Shown here piece after piece: positions 18,245 to 28,048 of a DNA stretch of 62,316 nt. Position 1 is the first letter of the stretch. Every line of letters begins with the position of its first letter. The DNA comes from Dehalococcoidia bacterium (GTDB taxonomy: Bacteria; Chloroflexota; Dehalococcoidia; GIF9; AB-539-J10): contig PULQ01000025.1 in NCBI GenBank assembly GCA_003552465.1, forward strand, positions 1-62,316, in the 5' to 3' direction. The notes under the pieces were generated by a model. The model saw nothing but the letters and a program-made list of their open reading frames with translations, searched no databases and was not told where the DNA came from. Made by a program: the position numbers and the translations under genes.

Positions 18245-18863
18245 AGGAGATGCCGTAGTCCCCGACTATCTCGTGCCGATCCAGTATGTCATCTTTGTGC
18301 TCATCCATCAGTTCGTCTACCGCCTCGGTCACCTCCGGCCAGTCGTCGAACCTGTAATCGTGAAAGCCAATGATACCTCCCGATACCAGGTGTGGCCAGA
18401 TGAGGCGGAAGTCGCTCTTCACACAGTCCTTCTGGTGACAACCATCGACGAAGGCGAAGACGAATCTAGTTTCCTCGTCCAGGACCACCCTTCTGGAGTC
18501 CTCTATGATCGTGACGATGTTGGGAAGACGCCTCGTCGCCTCTCTGTATACCTCCCACATGGAGCGCCCTTTCAGAAATGCACGGTAGACCTCGGCTGCC
18601 GGCACTGTGCTCTTGCTCACTGTGGTGTCCATGTCGGGGTCGAAGGTGTCGATGACATACACTCTCTTATCGTGCCTGGCTGCCAGTCTTGCCAGCTTCA
18701 CCGTACCACCGCCCATGTAGGCTCCGACCTCTATGAGGTCGCCTTCCATCTGCATCAGCCCCTGTCTCGTTATGAAGGCGATGAGGTTATCGTAGCCGAC
18801 GAACTCGGGTGGCGGGCGCTTCAGCCCCGGTATTCTGTGCCAGATATCGGCGATGCGGACCAA
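18222..18863 (-). CDS. Class I methyltransferase (Methyltransf_24-like), positional equivalent of MMP OrfD
   Basis: IEVGAYMGG, VIDTF, FAFVDGCH, LVSGGIIGFHDY. Confidence 0.75.
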   Translation of the reverse strand: MVRIADIWHRIPGLKRPPPEFVGYDNLIAFITRQGLMQMEGDLIEVGAYMGGGTVKLARLAARHDKRVYVIDTFDPDMDTTVSKSTVPAAEVYRAFLKGRSMWEVYREATRRLPNIVTIIEDSRRVVLDEETRFVFAFVDGCHQKDCVKSDFRLIWPHLVSGGIIGFHDYRFDDWPEVTEAVDELMDEHKDDILDRHEIVGDYGISSILLTKR

Positions 18864-18872
18864 GTCAACCTC

Positions 18873-19916
18873 TCACGGAAACCTGGTGAAGACCCTGCTT
18901 CGGGTAGCTTGAGGGTTCGCGATCTCAAGCTGGCTGCTGAGCGCGATGACCATCGCCGCTGAGACCCAAGTCGGTTTCTCCTCCGGGGGCCAGATCTCCT
19001 CCTCGGGCATCTTCATGCCCGTCCAGAAGCGCCCATCGTCATCTCTGAGTTCCAGGGCCCAGTCCAGGAGGGTCCTTGCCCTGTGGCTCTCGCCGATACG
19101 GTTCAGTGCCAGGACGAGTTCGCAGGTCTCGGCCACAGTTATCCCCCATGGTTCCTCCACCACACACTTGCACCCCCGGCCGTCGACAACGAAATCCGAC
19201 CACTTCTCGTAGATGCGCTCTCTGGCCTCCCCTCCCCTCACTATGCCGGTGAGAACGGGATAGTACCAGGACATCGCATAGTCATATTGACTGTCGACCG
19301 AGTTATGGAACAGCTCCGGTTGTTCGCTGACCGCATGTGCCAGTCTGCGGCTGGCAGCATGCCAGCGGGGCTTGTCGGTCTGCAGGAGTCTGGCTACCTT
19401 GATCCCACATCGCAGACTCTGGTAGATGGAGCTGGACCCTGCTATTAGCGCCAGAGGATAGACTGCCCCGTGCGGGTCACGAGCCCAGTAGATATGGCCG
19501 GGCGGCTGCTGCAGTTGCAGGGCGAAGTCGAGCCCTCTCTCCACCGTCGGCCACATCTCGGCAACGAAGCCCCTGTTCCGGGTTATCATGTAGTGATACC
19601 ACAGCCCGACTGCGGGATAGGAGCTGTAGTTGGTGTCTTTGGTCAGATCGCAGGGTTCATCTCCCATATAGCTGGAGTACCAGCTCCCGTCGTCGTTCTG
19701 AGCGCCGCGCAACCAGCGGTATGCCCTCTCGGCTTCTTCGTGTCTTCCCGACGCATCCAGAGCTATCGCACACTCGACGTGATCCCACGGGTCGGCAATG
19801 CCCGTGTCATACCACGGTATAATGCCCGACGGTAGCTGGGTACGGCCTATGTGGTCGGCCTGCTGCTCTATCAGGCAATCGATCTCCGACCGTGTTAACT
19901 CTTGTCTCAGATCCAC
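18873..19916 (-). CDS. Alpha/alpha-toroid glycoside hydrolase-like protein (MmpH-like)
   Basis: IPW...DPWDHVECA.AL, Q..DGSW, DTN, MWP.V, SIYQSLRC, MSWYYP, AETCEL, FWTG, match recalled mycobacterial MmpH-type motifs. Confidence 0.75.
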   Translation of the reverse strand: MDLRQELTRSEIDCLIEQQADHIGRTQLPSGIIPWYDTGIADPWDHVECAIALDASGRHEEAERAYRWLRGAQNDDGSWYSSYMGDEPCDLTKDTNYSSYPAVGLWYHYMITRNRGFVAEMWPTVERGLDFALQLQQPPGHIYWARDPHGAVYPLALIAGSSSIYQSLRCGIKVARLLQTDKPRWHAASRRLAHAVSEQPELFHNSVDSQYDYAMSWYYPVLTGIVRGGEARERIYEKWSDFVVDGRGCKCVVEEPWGITVAETCELVLALNRIGESHRARTLLDWALELRDDDGRFWTGMKMPEEEIWPPEEKPTWVSAAMVIALSSQLEIANPQATRSRVFTRFP

Positions 19917-19920
19917 GGAA

Positions 19921-20640
19921 CTACCTCTCGTTCTCGTTCTTGGTTGCGTAGAGGACCGTGCTCTTCGCGAAGAAAAGGGTGAAGAAGGAATCGAGCCATC
20001 GAATCGGCCTGCTGTTGGCCCTCATATCCCAGACCAGGAACCTGTAATAAAGCGAAGGAACGACCGCCTTTTCGTTGTTCACTCCGAACAGGCAGCGCAG
20101 TATCCAGTAGAAGGAGTGCAGAGCGTGCTTGCGGCGCCTGGCATAGACTTGCAGGCCGTGTGCACTGAGGGGCGGGATCAGCTGGCCCGACCTGTATATC
20201 CGCACGTGGCCGCCTGCACGGGCATGGTAGGCAGACGATATTCGCCAGCAAATGGCTTCAGGGAGGTAGCTTGGGACGCTTACGGCAACTGCGCCTCTGT
20301 CCTTCAGCCCCCTGGCCATCTCCTTGATGCCCTGCAGGTCATCCGGTACATGTTCCAGCACTTCCGAGCATACTATCTTATCGAAAACCCCTTCTTTGAA
20401 GGGAAGGCTCACGGTGCTTGCCCGAAGGAGACCCCACTGTGCCCGGGACTCTCCCTGCCTCTCCATAGCACCAAGGACACCCCTGGCCCGCATGAGCTCT
20501 TCTCCATCGATATCGAGCGCATACACAGTGCAGAAGGCCCGCCGGCAGGCCTCCCAGCTATGCCTGCCGGTACCACACCCGATATCGAGTACTCTTTCGC
20601 CATCCCCGATCTCCAAAACGCTGTAATCGACGGTGAGCAT
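19921..20640 (-). CDS. Class I methyltransferase (MeT1-like)
   Basis: MLTVD, DIGCGTGRH, SEVLEH, PE.ICW..S..YH...GGH.RIY, HALHS.YW, LVWD. Confidence 0.8.
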   Translation of the reverse strand: MLTVDYSVLEIGDGERVLDIGCGTGRHSWEACRRAFCTVYALDIDGEELMRARGVLGAMERQGESRAQWGLLRASTVSLPFKEGVFDKIVCSEVLEHVPDDLQGIKEMARGLKDRGAVAVSVPSYLPEAICWRISSAYHARAGGHVRIYRSGQLIPPLSAHGLQVYARRRKHALHSFYWILRCLFGVNNEKAVVPSLYYRFLVWDMRANSRPIRWLDSFFTLFFAKSTVLYATKNENER

Positions 20641-21867
20641 TCACATCACCTCCCGGTATACCTCGACCGTCTTCCGGGCCGCGCGTTCCCAGGTAAACTC
20701 GCTCTCGATCCTCTTACGTCCCGCTTCGCCCATCTTCTCTCGCAATGACGCATTGTCAAGGAGTGTTCTGATAGCCGCCGCAAGTGCCTCCGGCTGCGCC
20801 GGCGGTACCAGGATCCCGGCCTCGCCATCGCGTCCCACCACCTCGGGAAGCGCACCTCCAGTTGTGGAGACTACCGGAAGCCCGCAGGCCATAGCCTCTG
20901 CGGCGGGAAGCCCGAAACCCTCGTATAGCGATGGCACTACACACATCTCGGCTGCCGCGTACTCCTTCACCAGTCGGTCGGCACTCACCCTGCCCGTGAA
21001 GCTGACCATATCTTCGATGCCGTATTGCTTTATCAGCTTAAGATACTGGCCGTCGGGAAGGGGACTGCCGACAACGGTCAGCCTGATGTCTGTCCCGTCT
21101 TTGAGAATGCGGAGCGCCTGGAGGAGGTAGGGCACTCCCTTCAACGACTGCTCTCCGCTGTTGACCAGCACCAGGCTGTTGGGACGCTTGGGAACGCCAT
21201 TCGCCTTACGGAAGCGTTCGGTGTCGATCCCGTTGTGCACAACCCTCATGTGTTCCCTGCGAACTCCGTGGGCCTGTTCAATCGAACCGACCGAACTGTT
21301 GGAGACGGTGATGACCCGCTCCAGGCGTCGCGCCACCCGTCCCTGCATGCCGCAGAAAGCGTCCCAGCGGCGGATGAACAGTTTTCGCCACGGATATCTC
21401 GCCTGAGCGACGGCCATGTCCCGGTCGATGGGAATCGGATGATGAATGGTGGCCACAACCGGTATGCCCAGGCGCTTCATCAACAGCAGTCCGTAGCCCA
21501 GGCACTGGTTGTCATGGATGATATCGTACCTTCGCTCTCCCAGTAGCTCCTTGATCCTCCGGTAGGCCCGTAGACTGAATGTGAGCGGCTCGGGGAAGGT
21601 CCCGGTGCCGACCGCCAGCACCTCGTACAGGTTGACGGGATCGTAGAGACGGGACATGATCTTCCGTACCGACTTGTCAGGCTCATACAGGTTGAGGCTG
21701 TCAAGTCTGTGCAGCTGTATTCCCTCGGCAACTTCGGGATAGGGAGGCCCGGCCATCACATCGACCTCGTGGCCGAGTTCCAGCAGAGCTCGTGACAGAT
21801 AGTAGATATAGATGCCCTGCCCCCCACAATAAGGATTGCCGCGATAGGATAGAAGGCAGATTCTCAT
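20641..21867 (-). CDS. GT4 glycosyltransferase (ManT-like)
   Basis: MRI.LLSYR...CGGQG.Y, FPEP.TFSLRA, HDNQCLG, ATIHHPI, PSLYEGFGLPA.EAMACG. Confidence 0.85.
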   Translation of the reverse strand: MRICLLSYRGNPYCGGQGIYIYYLSRALLELGHEVDVMAGPPYPEVAEGIQLHRLDSLNLYEPDKSVRKIMSRLYDPVNLYEVLAVGTGTFPEPLTFSLRAYRRIKELLGERRYDIIHDNQCLGYGLLLMKRLGIPVVATIHHPIPIDRDMAVAQARYPWRKLFIRRWDAFCGMQGRVARRLERVITVSNSSVGSIEQAHGVRREHMRVVHNGIDTERFRKANGVPKRPNSLVLVNSGEQSLKGVPYLLQALRILKDGTDIRLTVVGSPLPDGQYLKLIKQYGIEDMVSFTGRVSADRLVKEYAAAEMCVVPSLYEGFGLPAAEAMACGLPVVSTTGGALPEVVGRDGEAGILVPPAQPEALAAAIRTLLDNASLREKMGEAGRKRIESEFTWERAARKTVEVYREVM

Positions 21868-22027
21868 GTCTCGGTACGGAGTCAGTCGTCACCAGGTCGA
21901 TCGACCCACTCTCAATGCTACAAGTCCGTTCGCTTCTTGTCAAGATTGGCGCACTGTTGCCTGCGCGTCCGCAAATGTGCATAATACCTGACTGCGTAAT
22001 AGATCCACCGACCGAAGGAAGGATTCA

Positions 22028-23227
22028 GTGAACCAGGACAGGAGAAGGCGAGTCTTCAGGGGGATAACGAGAAACGTCCTTCTGCTCGGACTGGTCAGCC
22101 TCTTCACCGACCTCAGCAGCCAGATGGTCTTCCCACTCATTCCCCTGTACCTTGTCGCCGTCCTGGGCACGGGGGCGTCCGCAGTAGGGATTGTTGAGGG
22201 TGCCGCTGAGACGACCGCTTCTCTGATAAAGGTCTTCTCCGGTTACTGGTCCGACAGACTGAAGCGGAGGAAACCGTTTGTGTTGATCGGCTATTCTCTC
22301 TCGGCGATCACCAAGCCGCTGTTCGCCCTGGCCGGAACCTGGCCCCTGGTTCTCGTGATCAGGATGGTGGAGAGGGTGGGTAAGGGCGTGCGAAGCGCCC
22401 CGAGGGATGCCATTGTGGCCGAGTCGGTTGACATGGGCGTCAGGGGCAAGGCCTATGGATTTCACAGGGCTATGGACGGAATCGGCTCTGTCGCGGGTGC
22501 CCTCCTGGCATTCGCTCTTCTGGCGGCTACCGACTCGGACTACGGGCGGATCTTCCTGCTGGCCGGTATACCTGGGGTAGCGGCTGTGTTGTTCATACTG
22601 CTTATCAAGGAGCCGGAGGCCGTCAAAGAGCCGCAGAAGGCGAAGCTGTCTATGCGTGTCAGCTTCACCGCCTTGCCCGCCACCCTCAGGCTGCTAATAG
22701 TGGCCGCTTCGGTGTTCTATCTCGGCCACTTCGGTTATGCCTTCCTGCTTCTCAGGGCTATGGACATCGGACTGACCGACCAGACGGCGATACTCCTCTA
22801 CGTGCTGTTCTACGTAGTCTACGTCTTCGCCGCGATGCCGGCGGGATCGTTATCGGACAGGATAGGCAGAAAGCCGGTGCTGGTCGCCAGTTACCTGGCA
22901 TTCGGCCTCGTCTCTCTGGGCCTCGTGTTCACAGGCGACATCTACAGTCTCCTGCCTCTTTTTGCACTCTACGGCGTATCGTTCGCCATGTTCGATAGTG
23001 TGCAGAGAGCATACGTGGTTGACTTCGCCCCCGAACACCTCAGGGGCACTGCTCTGGGCACATTTCACGCATGCGTGGGCCTGGTTGCCCTGCCCGGTGG
23101 TTATCTGGCCGGTATGCTGTGGGACAGGGTGGGGCCGGAAGCCACATTTCTCTACGGTCTTGTCCTGGCAGTTGTCTCCGCTCTCCTGCTTCTGGGAGTG
23201 AAGTCCGGGCGCGAACCCGACGGCTAG
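22028..23227 (+). CDS. MFS transporter
   Basis: 12 TM segments, SDRLKRRKP, RVGKG.RSAPRDA, SDRIGRK. Confidence 0.9.
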   Translation: MNQDRRRRVFRGITRNVLLLGLVSLFTDLSSQMVFPLIPLYLVAVLGTGASAVGIVEGAAETTASLIKVFSGYWSDRLKRRKPFVLIGYSLSAITKPLFALAGTWPLVLVIRMVERVGKGVRSAPRDAIVAESVDMGVRGKAYGFHRAMDGIGSVAGALLAFALLAATDSDYGRIFLLAGIPGVAAVLFILLIKEPEAVKEPQKAKLSMRVSFTALPATLRLLIVAASVFYLGHFGYAFLLLRAMDIGLTDQTAILLYVLFYVVYVFAAMPAGSLSDRIGRKPVLVASYLAFGLVSLGLVFTGDIYSLLPLFALYGVSFAMFDSVQRAYVVDFAPEHLRGTALGTFHACVGLVALPGGYLAGMLWDRVGPEATFLYGLVLAVVSALLLLGVKSGREPDG

Positions 23228-23241
23228 GTCGGTACTTGTTG

Positions 23242-23745
23242 TTACCGACCCACCTGGGTTGTCAGGTACTTGACCAGCATATCCAGTGCCTTGTCGGCGG
23301 CTGCCTGTTTGTTCTCGCTGCGGTCTCCGGTGAACACCCTCATCTCGGCAAGACAGGTATCTTCGGCAGCAAGGGCAAAGTAAAACAGGCCCACCGGCTT
23401 TCCTGGAGAGGAACCGCCCGGACCGGCGACGCCGGTGTCGGACACACATACGTCTACTCCAAGGAGCCTTCTTCCTCCTTCAGCCATCTCTATGGCAGTC
23501 TGCTCGCTAACGGCCCCGTGACTATCAATGGTGGCTCGTTGAACTCCCAGCAGGGCAACCTTGAGATGGTCGCTGTAAGCCACCAGGGAGCCCGCGAAGT
23601 ACTCTGAGCTTCCCGGTATGCCGGTCAGCCTGTCGCAGATCCTCCCGGCCGTAGCCGACTCCACTGTGCCGATGGTCAGCACGCGTCCGGTCTGCTGCCG
23701 GTGCAATCTCATGAGGCGGGCTATCTCTGCTTCCGATTCTGCCAC
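23242..23745 (-). CDS. CinA C-terminal domain / nicotinamide-nucleotide amidohydrolase (PncC-like)
   Basis: ESATAG, GSSEYF.G..VAYS, HGAVS, MAEG, TGVAGPGG, KPVG. Confidence 0.88.
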   Translation of the reverse strand: MAESEAEIARLMRLHRQQTGRVLTIGTVESATAGRICDRLTGIPGSSEYFAGSLVAYSDHLKVALLGVQRATIDSHGAVSEQTAIEMAEGGRRLLGVDVCVSDTGVAGPGGSSPGKPVGLFYFALAAEDTCLAEMRVFTGDRSENKQAAADKALDMLVKYLTTQVGR

Positions 23746-23786
23746 GGTCCCACCATTCTAACAGATTCGCCTGCTATAATTCGGGC

Positions 23787-24566
23787 ATGGCCGGAAGTCG
23801 GGACACTATCACGTTCCTGGGCACTGCTGGCGCGAGGTTCGTCGTGGCCCGTCAACTCCTGGCTTCAGGAGGCGCATGGCTTGATCTGTGTGGTACCCGG
23901 ATTGTGCTTGATCCCGGTCCGGGCTGCCTGGTCGGGGCTATCTCGAGAGGACTCGCCCCCGGGAAGCTCGACGCGATCATCCTGTCTCATCGACATCTCG
24001 ATCATAGCGGCGACATGAACATCATGGTCGAGGCTATGACCGATGGCGGTACGAAGAAGAGGGGCACAGTCTTCGCTCCCGGTGATGCTCTTGATGAAGA
24101 CTCCGTGATCCTCTCGCACTTGCGTCCCTATCCCCGGGAGATACGGTTACTGGTTGAGGCGGGGAGTTACACCGTCAATGGTGTCTCGTTCGTGACACCG
24201 GTCAGACATGAGCACGGGGTGGAGACCTACGGGTTCGTGTTCCGGACACCTCGTCATACCTTCTCCTGGATTACTGACACCAGATACTTCGAGGGTCTGA
24301 CCGCACGGTATGCCGCTGATGTAGTGATCATCAACGTTGTCCGGCTCAGTGCCGGTGCACCGATTGATCACCTGTCGCTTCCTGAAACCAGGGGAATCAT
24401 CTGCGCGCTGAGACCGAGGGCTGCCGTCCTCACTCACTTCGGCATGACGATGTTAAGGGCAGAGCCCGCTCTCGTGGCCGAGAGGCTGAGTGAGGAGACG
24501 GGAGTTGCCGTCATAGCCGCCAGGGATGGCATGGAACTGGATCTGGACCTGATCGAAAAGCAGTGA
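23787..24566 (+). CDS. MBL-fold metallo-hydrolase
   Basis: FLGTAG, LDPGPG, SHRHLDHSGD, H.VET, TDT, THFG. Confidence 0.88.
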   Translation: MAGSRDTITFLGTAGARFVVARQLLASGGAWLDLCGTRIVLDPGPGCLVGAISRGLAPGKLDAIILSHRHLDHSGDMNIMVEAMTDGGTKKRGTVFAPGDALDEDSVILSHLRPYPREIRLLVEAGSYTVNGVSFVTPVRHEHGVETYGFVFRTPRHTFSWITDTRYFEGLTARYAADVVIINVVRLSAGAPIDHLSLPETRGIICALRPRAAVLTHFGMTMLRAEPALVAERLSEETGVAVIAARDGMELDLDLIEKQ

Positions 24567-24570
24567 GAAC

Positions 24571-24690
24571 TCCCTGGCAACGACATATTTTCCCGGAGAG
24601 TTGCCCCTCGAGTATCGTCTGCGCTGGAGCGTTTCACTTCCGTGTTCGGGATGGGAACGGGTGGGGCCACTCCGCCAAAGTCACCAGGAA
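24571..24690 (-). rRNA. rrf: 5S rRNA (free-standing)
   Basis: Minus strand CCTGGTGAC...CCACCCGTTCCCATCCCGAACACGGAAGTGAAACGCTCCAGCGCAGACGATACT...GGGAAAATATGTCGTTGCCAGG, with paired ends. Confidence 0.97.
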
Positions 24691-24703
24691 GCTCTCGGCA
24701 GGA

Positions 24704-24733
24704 AGTATAACGCATGTCGGCCGGATTATGCAA
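24704..24733 (-). promoter_or_regulatory. Dedicated promoter for 5S rRNA
   Basis: TTGCAT-18-TATACT ending 13 nt upstream of the mature 5S 5' end. Confidence 0.6.
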
Positions 24734-24795
24734 GGCGGTGAGCTATTCCGTTGCCTTGCCCCTCCCCTATGACACTGGTATACTGGTCACCAGCT

Positions 24796-26232
24796 ATGAC
24801 CTACCAGACCGTCATCGGCCTCGAGGTCCATGCCCAGTTGCTTACCAGGAGCAAGATGTTCTGTTCCTGCAGCACCGACTATGCCGGAGCACATCCCAAC
24901 ACCCACGTCTGCCCGATCTGCCTGGGCATGCCGGGCCCCCTCCCCGTCATCAATGAGAAGGCCATCGAGTACACGATCATGACTGCCCTGGCCCTCAACT
25001 GCAACATTCCTGAGTATACGGAGTTCGACCGCAAGAACTACTTCTACCCCGACCTGATGAAGGGGTACCAGATCTCCCAGCACGGCACTCCCATCGGCCG
25101 GAACGGATGGCTGACCATAAACTCCAATGGCGAGATCAGGAAGATCGGCATCGCGGACGTGCATCTTGAGGAGGACGTAGCCAAGCTGTGGCACAGGAAG
25201 GACTGCAGCCTGATAGACGTCAACCGCTCCGGTGTACCGCTGATGGAGATAGTTAGCGAGCCCGATATGGAGTCGGCGGTTGAGGCCCGCGACTACCTCG
25301 TTCAGCTTCGCAGTATCCTGCGCTACCTGGGTGTGTCCACGGGCAACATGGAGGAGGGGAGCTTCAGATGCGATGCCAACATCAGCGTGCGGCTTCCGGG
25401 TAGTAAAGAGCTTACCCCCAAGACAGAGATCAAGAACATGAACAGCTTCAAGGCGGTTCAGCAGGCGCTGGAGTACGAGTCCCGGCGGCAGGTGGACCTC
25501 CTCGAGCAGGGCGGCAGTCCGATTCAGGAGACCAGGGGCTGGATCGAGCAGGAGGGCAGGACCGTGTCACAGAGGACCAAGGAGCTCGCCGGCGATTACC
25601 GCTATTTCCCCGAGCCCGACCTGCCTCCGCTGGTTCTGAACAGGGACTGGATAGAGCGGATCAGGGCCGGCCTTCCCGAGTTGCCGGTAGCCCGCAGAGA
25701 TCGGCTCATGGCCCAGTATGGCCTTTCGCTGTATGACGCAAGCCTCCTGACCGCGTCGCGCGGTATGGCCGACTACTTCGAGAATTGCATGAAGCTCGTC
25801 GACCCCGCCAAGGCCAAGGCGGTCAGCAACTGGTTGCTGGGAGACTTCAGCAGGCTGCTCAACGCTACCAATATCGAGATCGAACGTGCTAAAATAGTGC
25901 CGCGACAGCTCATCGGTCTGCTGGCCCTGGCCGACGACGGCACGGTAAGCGGCCCGGCCGCGAAAATCGTGTTCGAAGAGATGTTCGCCACCGGCAGGGC
26001 AGCAGATGAGGGGGTTGCCGAGAAGAAGTTGGGCCAGATCAGCGGTAAGGACGAGATTCGGGAGGCGGTGAGAGGCGTGCTGGCCGTGAACAGCGATGCT
26101 GTGGCAGACTATGCCTCAGGCAAGCAGCAGGCCCTGACCTTCATCATAGGGCAGGTCATGAGAGCCACGGGGGGCAGGGCCAACCCGGGCATGGTTAGAG
26201 AGATTATTGTACAGGAACTAGGAGGGAAATAG
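24796..26232 (+). CDS. gatB: Asp/Glu-tRNA amidotransferase subunit B
   Basis: YQTVIGLEVHAQL, FDRKNYFYPD..KGYQISQ, HLEED, NRSGVPLMEIV, RCDANIS, EIKNMNSF, YRYFPEPDL. Confidence 0.97.
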   Translation: MTYQTVIGLEVHAQLLTRSKMFCSCSTDYAGAHPNTHVCPICLGMPGPLPVINEKAIEYTIMTALALNCNIPEYTEFDRKNYFYPDLMKGYQISQHGTPIGRNGWLTINSNGEIRKIGIADVHLEEDVAKLWHRKDCSLIDVNRSGVPLMEIVSEPDMESAVEARDYLVQLRSILRYLGVSTGNMEEGSFRCDANISVRLPGSKELTPKTEIKNMNSFKAVQQALEYESRRQVDLLEQGGSPIQETRGWIEQEGRTVSQRTKELAGDYRYFPEPDLPPLVLNRDWIERIRAGLPELPVARRDRLMAQYGLSLYDASLLTASRGMADYFENCMKLVDPAKAKAVSNWLLGDFSRLLNATNIEIERAKIVPRQLIGLLALADDGTVSGPAAKIVFEEMFATGRAADEGVAEKKLGQISGKDEIREAVRGVLAVNSDAVADYASGKQQALTFIIGQVMRATGGRANPGMVREIIVQELGGK

Positions 26233-26233
26233 A

Positions 26234-26452
26234 TTGCTGGAGTCTCTTTATGTAGCACAGATATTGGTAGCAATAGCACTGGTTGCCTCGGTGCTCTTTC
26301 AGTTGCGTGGTGGAGGCATCGGAGGTATCTTCGGGCAGGCCGACTCGGTGTACAGGACGCGCCGGGGGGGTGAGAGTACGCTGTTCAAGCTCACCATAGT
26401 CCTGATCGGCTTGCTCGTTGTGTTCGCGATTGTGGCGGCCACCGTTGCCTGA
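26234..26452 (+). CDS. secG: Preprotein translocase subunit SecG
   Basis: Two TM segments with LFQ.RGGG.GG.FG and RTRRG.E..L loop. RBS GGAGG. Confidence 0.85.
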   Translation: MLESLYVAQILVAIALVASVLFQLRGGGIGGIFGQADSVYRTRRGGESTLFKLTIVLIGLLVVFAIVAATVA

Positions 26453-26462
26453 TATCCATTAT

Positions 26463-27299
26463 ATGAGTTCCATCATCACCCTGACCACGGACTTCGGCTA
26501 CGACGACGCCTACGTTGCCTCCGTGAAGGGAGCCATCCTGAGCGTCAACCCCGAGGCCAGCATTGTCGATGTCACCCACTCCATCCAGCCCCAGAACATA
26601 TTGCAGGCGGCTTTCGTGCTCAATGCCGCCTATCGTTGCTTCCCGAAGCAGACGGTACACGTCGTTATTGTCGACCCCGGCGTCGGTAGCGACCGCGAAA
26701 GCATAGTACTGAAGACGCCCTCCGCGCTCTTCGTCGCGCCGGACAACGGCGTTCTGAGCTACGTGGTCGATGACCTGGTTCCTGTCGAGACGCCCCCGGC
26801 CCGGCCGGCGGGTAAGCTGACCCGTGTCATCATGAAGAAAGGGATTGAGGTCGTGGCTATCAGCGACCCGCGTTTCTGGCGACGGCCTGTGAGCCCGACG
26901 TTCCACGGGAGAGATGTCTTCGCACCGGTGGCCGGGGGACTGTCGCTCGACATCGCGATGTACGAGTTCGGTACCAAGGTCGACTCCCTTCACGTCCTGC
27001 CGCTTCCCAGGCCATCTCGCGATCCCGATGGCATCCTGGTGGGACAGGTTCTGCATATCGACCGCTTTGGCAACCTGATCGCCAACATAAAGGGAAGTGA
27101 CCTGCCGGGAAGAGACGCCACCATCGAGGTGGCGGGCTGCTGCATAGAAGGCGTCAGCAAGTTCTACGCCCAGAACACGGGAGTGATGGCCCTGCTCGGC
27201 AGCACCGGTCATCTTGAGATATCCTACAGGGACGGCAGCGCCTGCGACTTCTTGGGCGCGGTAGTGGGTGACGAGATCAGGGTGATTCCAGCCGCGTAG
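26463..27299 (+). CDS. DUF62 SAM hydroxide adenosyltransferase family
   Basis: TLTTDFG, VDVTH, VVIVDPGVGS.R, APDNG, SPTFHGRD.FAP, IDRFGN. Confidence 0.9.
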   Translation: MSSIITLTTDFGYDDAYVASVKGAILSVNPEASIVDVTHSIQPQNILQAAFVLNAAYRCFPKQTVHVVIVDPGVGSDRESIVLKTPSALFVAPDNGVLSYVVDDLVPVETPPARPAGKLTRVIMKKGIEVVAISDPRFWRRPVSPTFHGRDVFAPVAGGLSLDIAMYEFGTKVDSLHVLPLPRPSRDPDGILVGQVLHIDRFGNLIANIKGSDLPGRDATIEVAGCCIEGVSKFYAQNTGVMALLGSTGHLEISYRDGSACDFLGAVVGDEIRVIPAA

Positions 27300-27319
27300 A
27301 ACCTCGCTCCGGAGCCGGG

Positions 27320-28048
27320 ATGAAATACCATAGTTCTGTTACGCTGACCGAGAACTGCCGCTGCTACATATGGCAGGGCAGAGGGAACAACTGCAATACT
27401 GTCCTGCTGCCCGGCCTGCTCAGAGGCGATCGGCAGCACGTGTTGGTGGATCCCGGCCACACAATGAACGAACTCGGCGAGCCCTGCTTTGATTCGCTGA
27501 CCCGCGCCCTGCAATCCGACGGCTTCAGTATCGAGGAGGGCGGCCTCGTCATCGGCACGCACTGCCATCCCGACCACATCGAAGCTACTGACCTGATCGT
27601 GAAGGAAGGCGGAGCCCTGTTCACGCTGTCAGCCGAAGAACACGAGTTCTACCGTACCGCCGGCAGGATGTTCTTCCAGGCGATGGGTGGTGAGGCGCCG
27701 GGAGTCGAGCCCTTCTTCTACGTCGGGGAAGGCGATCTGTCTCTTGGAGCCGCAGATGTTAAGGCCGCCATCAAGGTGTTCCTGACGCCCGGGCATTCTC
27801 CCGGCTCGGTCTCTCTCTATCTCGAGACGGAGAGAATACTGATCACCGGCGACGTCGTCTTTGCAGGCAGCGTTGGCAGGACGGACTTCCCCGGGGGCAG
27901 TCCGTCGTTGCTCAGGCAGAGCATCGACAGGCTGTCTCAACTCGAGGCGGAGTACCTCGTACCGGGGCACTCCACCCAGGCAGGCAGTGTAATCGCCGGT
28001 ACCGACCGCGTGAGGCGCAACTTCTACGGCATAAAGATGTTCGTGTAA
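27320..28048 (+). CDS. MBL-fold metallo-hydrolase
   Basis: THCHPDH, TPGHSPG, TGD..F.GSVGRTDFPGG, PGH. Confidence 0.88.
   Translation: MKYHSSVTLTENCRCYIWQGRGNNCNTVLLPGLLRGDRQHVLVDPGHTMNELGEPCFDSLTRALQSDGFSIEEGGLVIGTHCHPDHIEATDLIVKEGGALFTLSAEEHEFYRTAGRMFFQAMGGEAPGVEPFFYVGEGDLSLGAADVKAAIKVFLTPGHSPGSVSLYLETERILITGDVVFAGSVGRTDFPGGSPSLLRQSIDRLSQLEAEYLVPGHSTQAGSVIAGTDRVRRNFYGIKMFV

Noticed and set aside
26463-27299. Fluorinase or chlorinase
   Set aside because: The Asp, Arg and His motifs (TDFG, GS.R, TFHGRD) and housekeeping context fit the common DUF62 SAM hydrolase.
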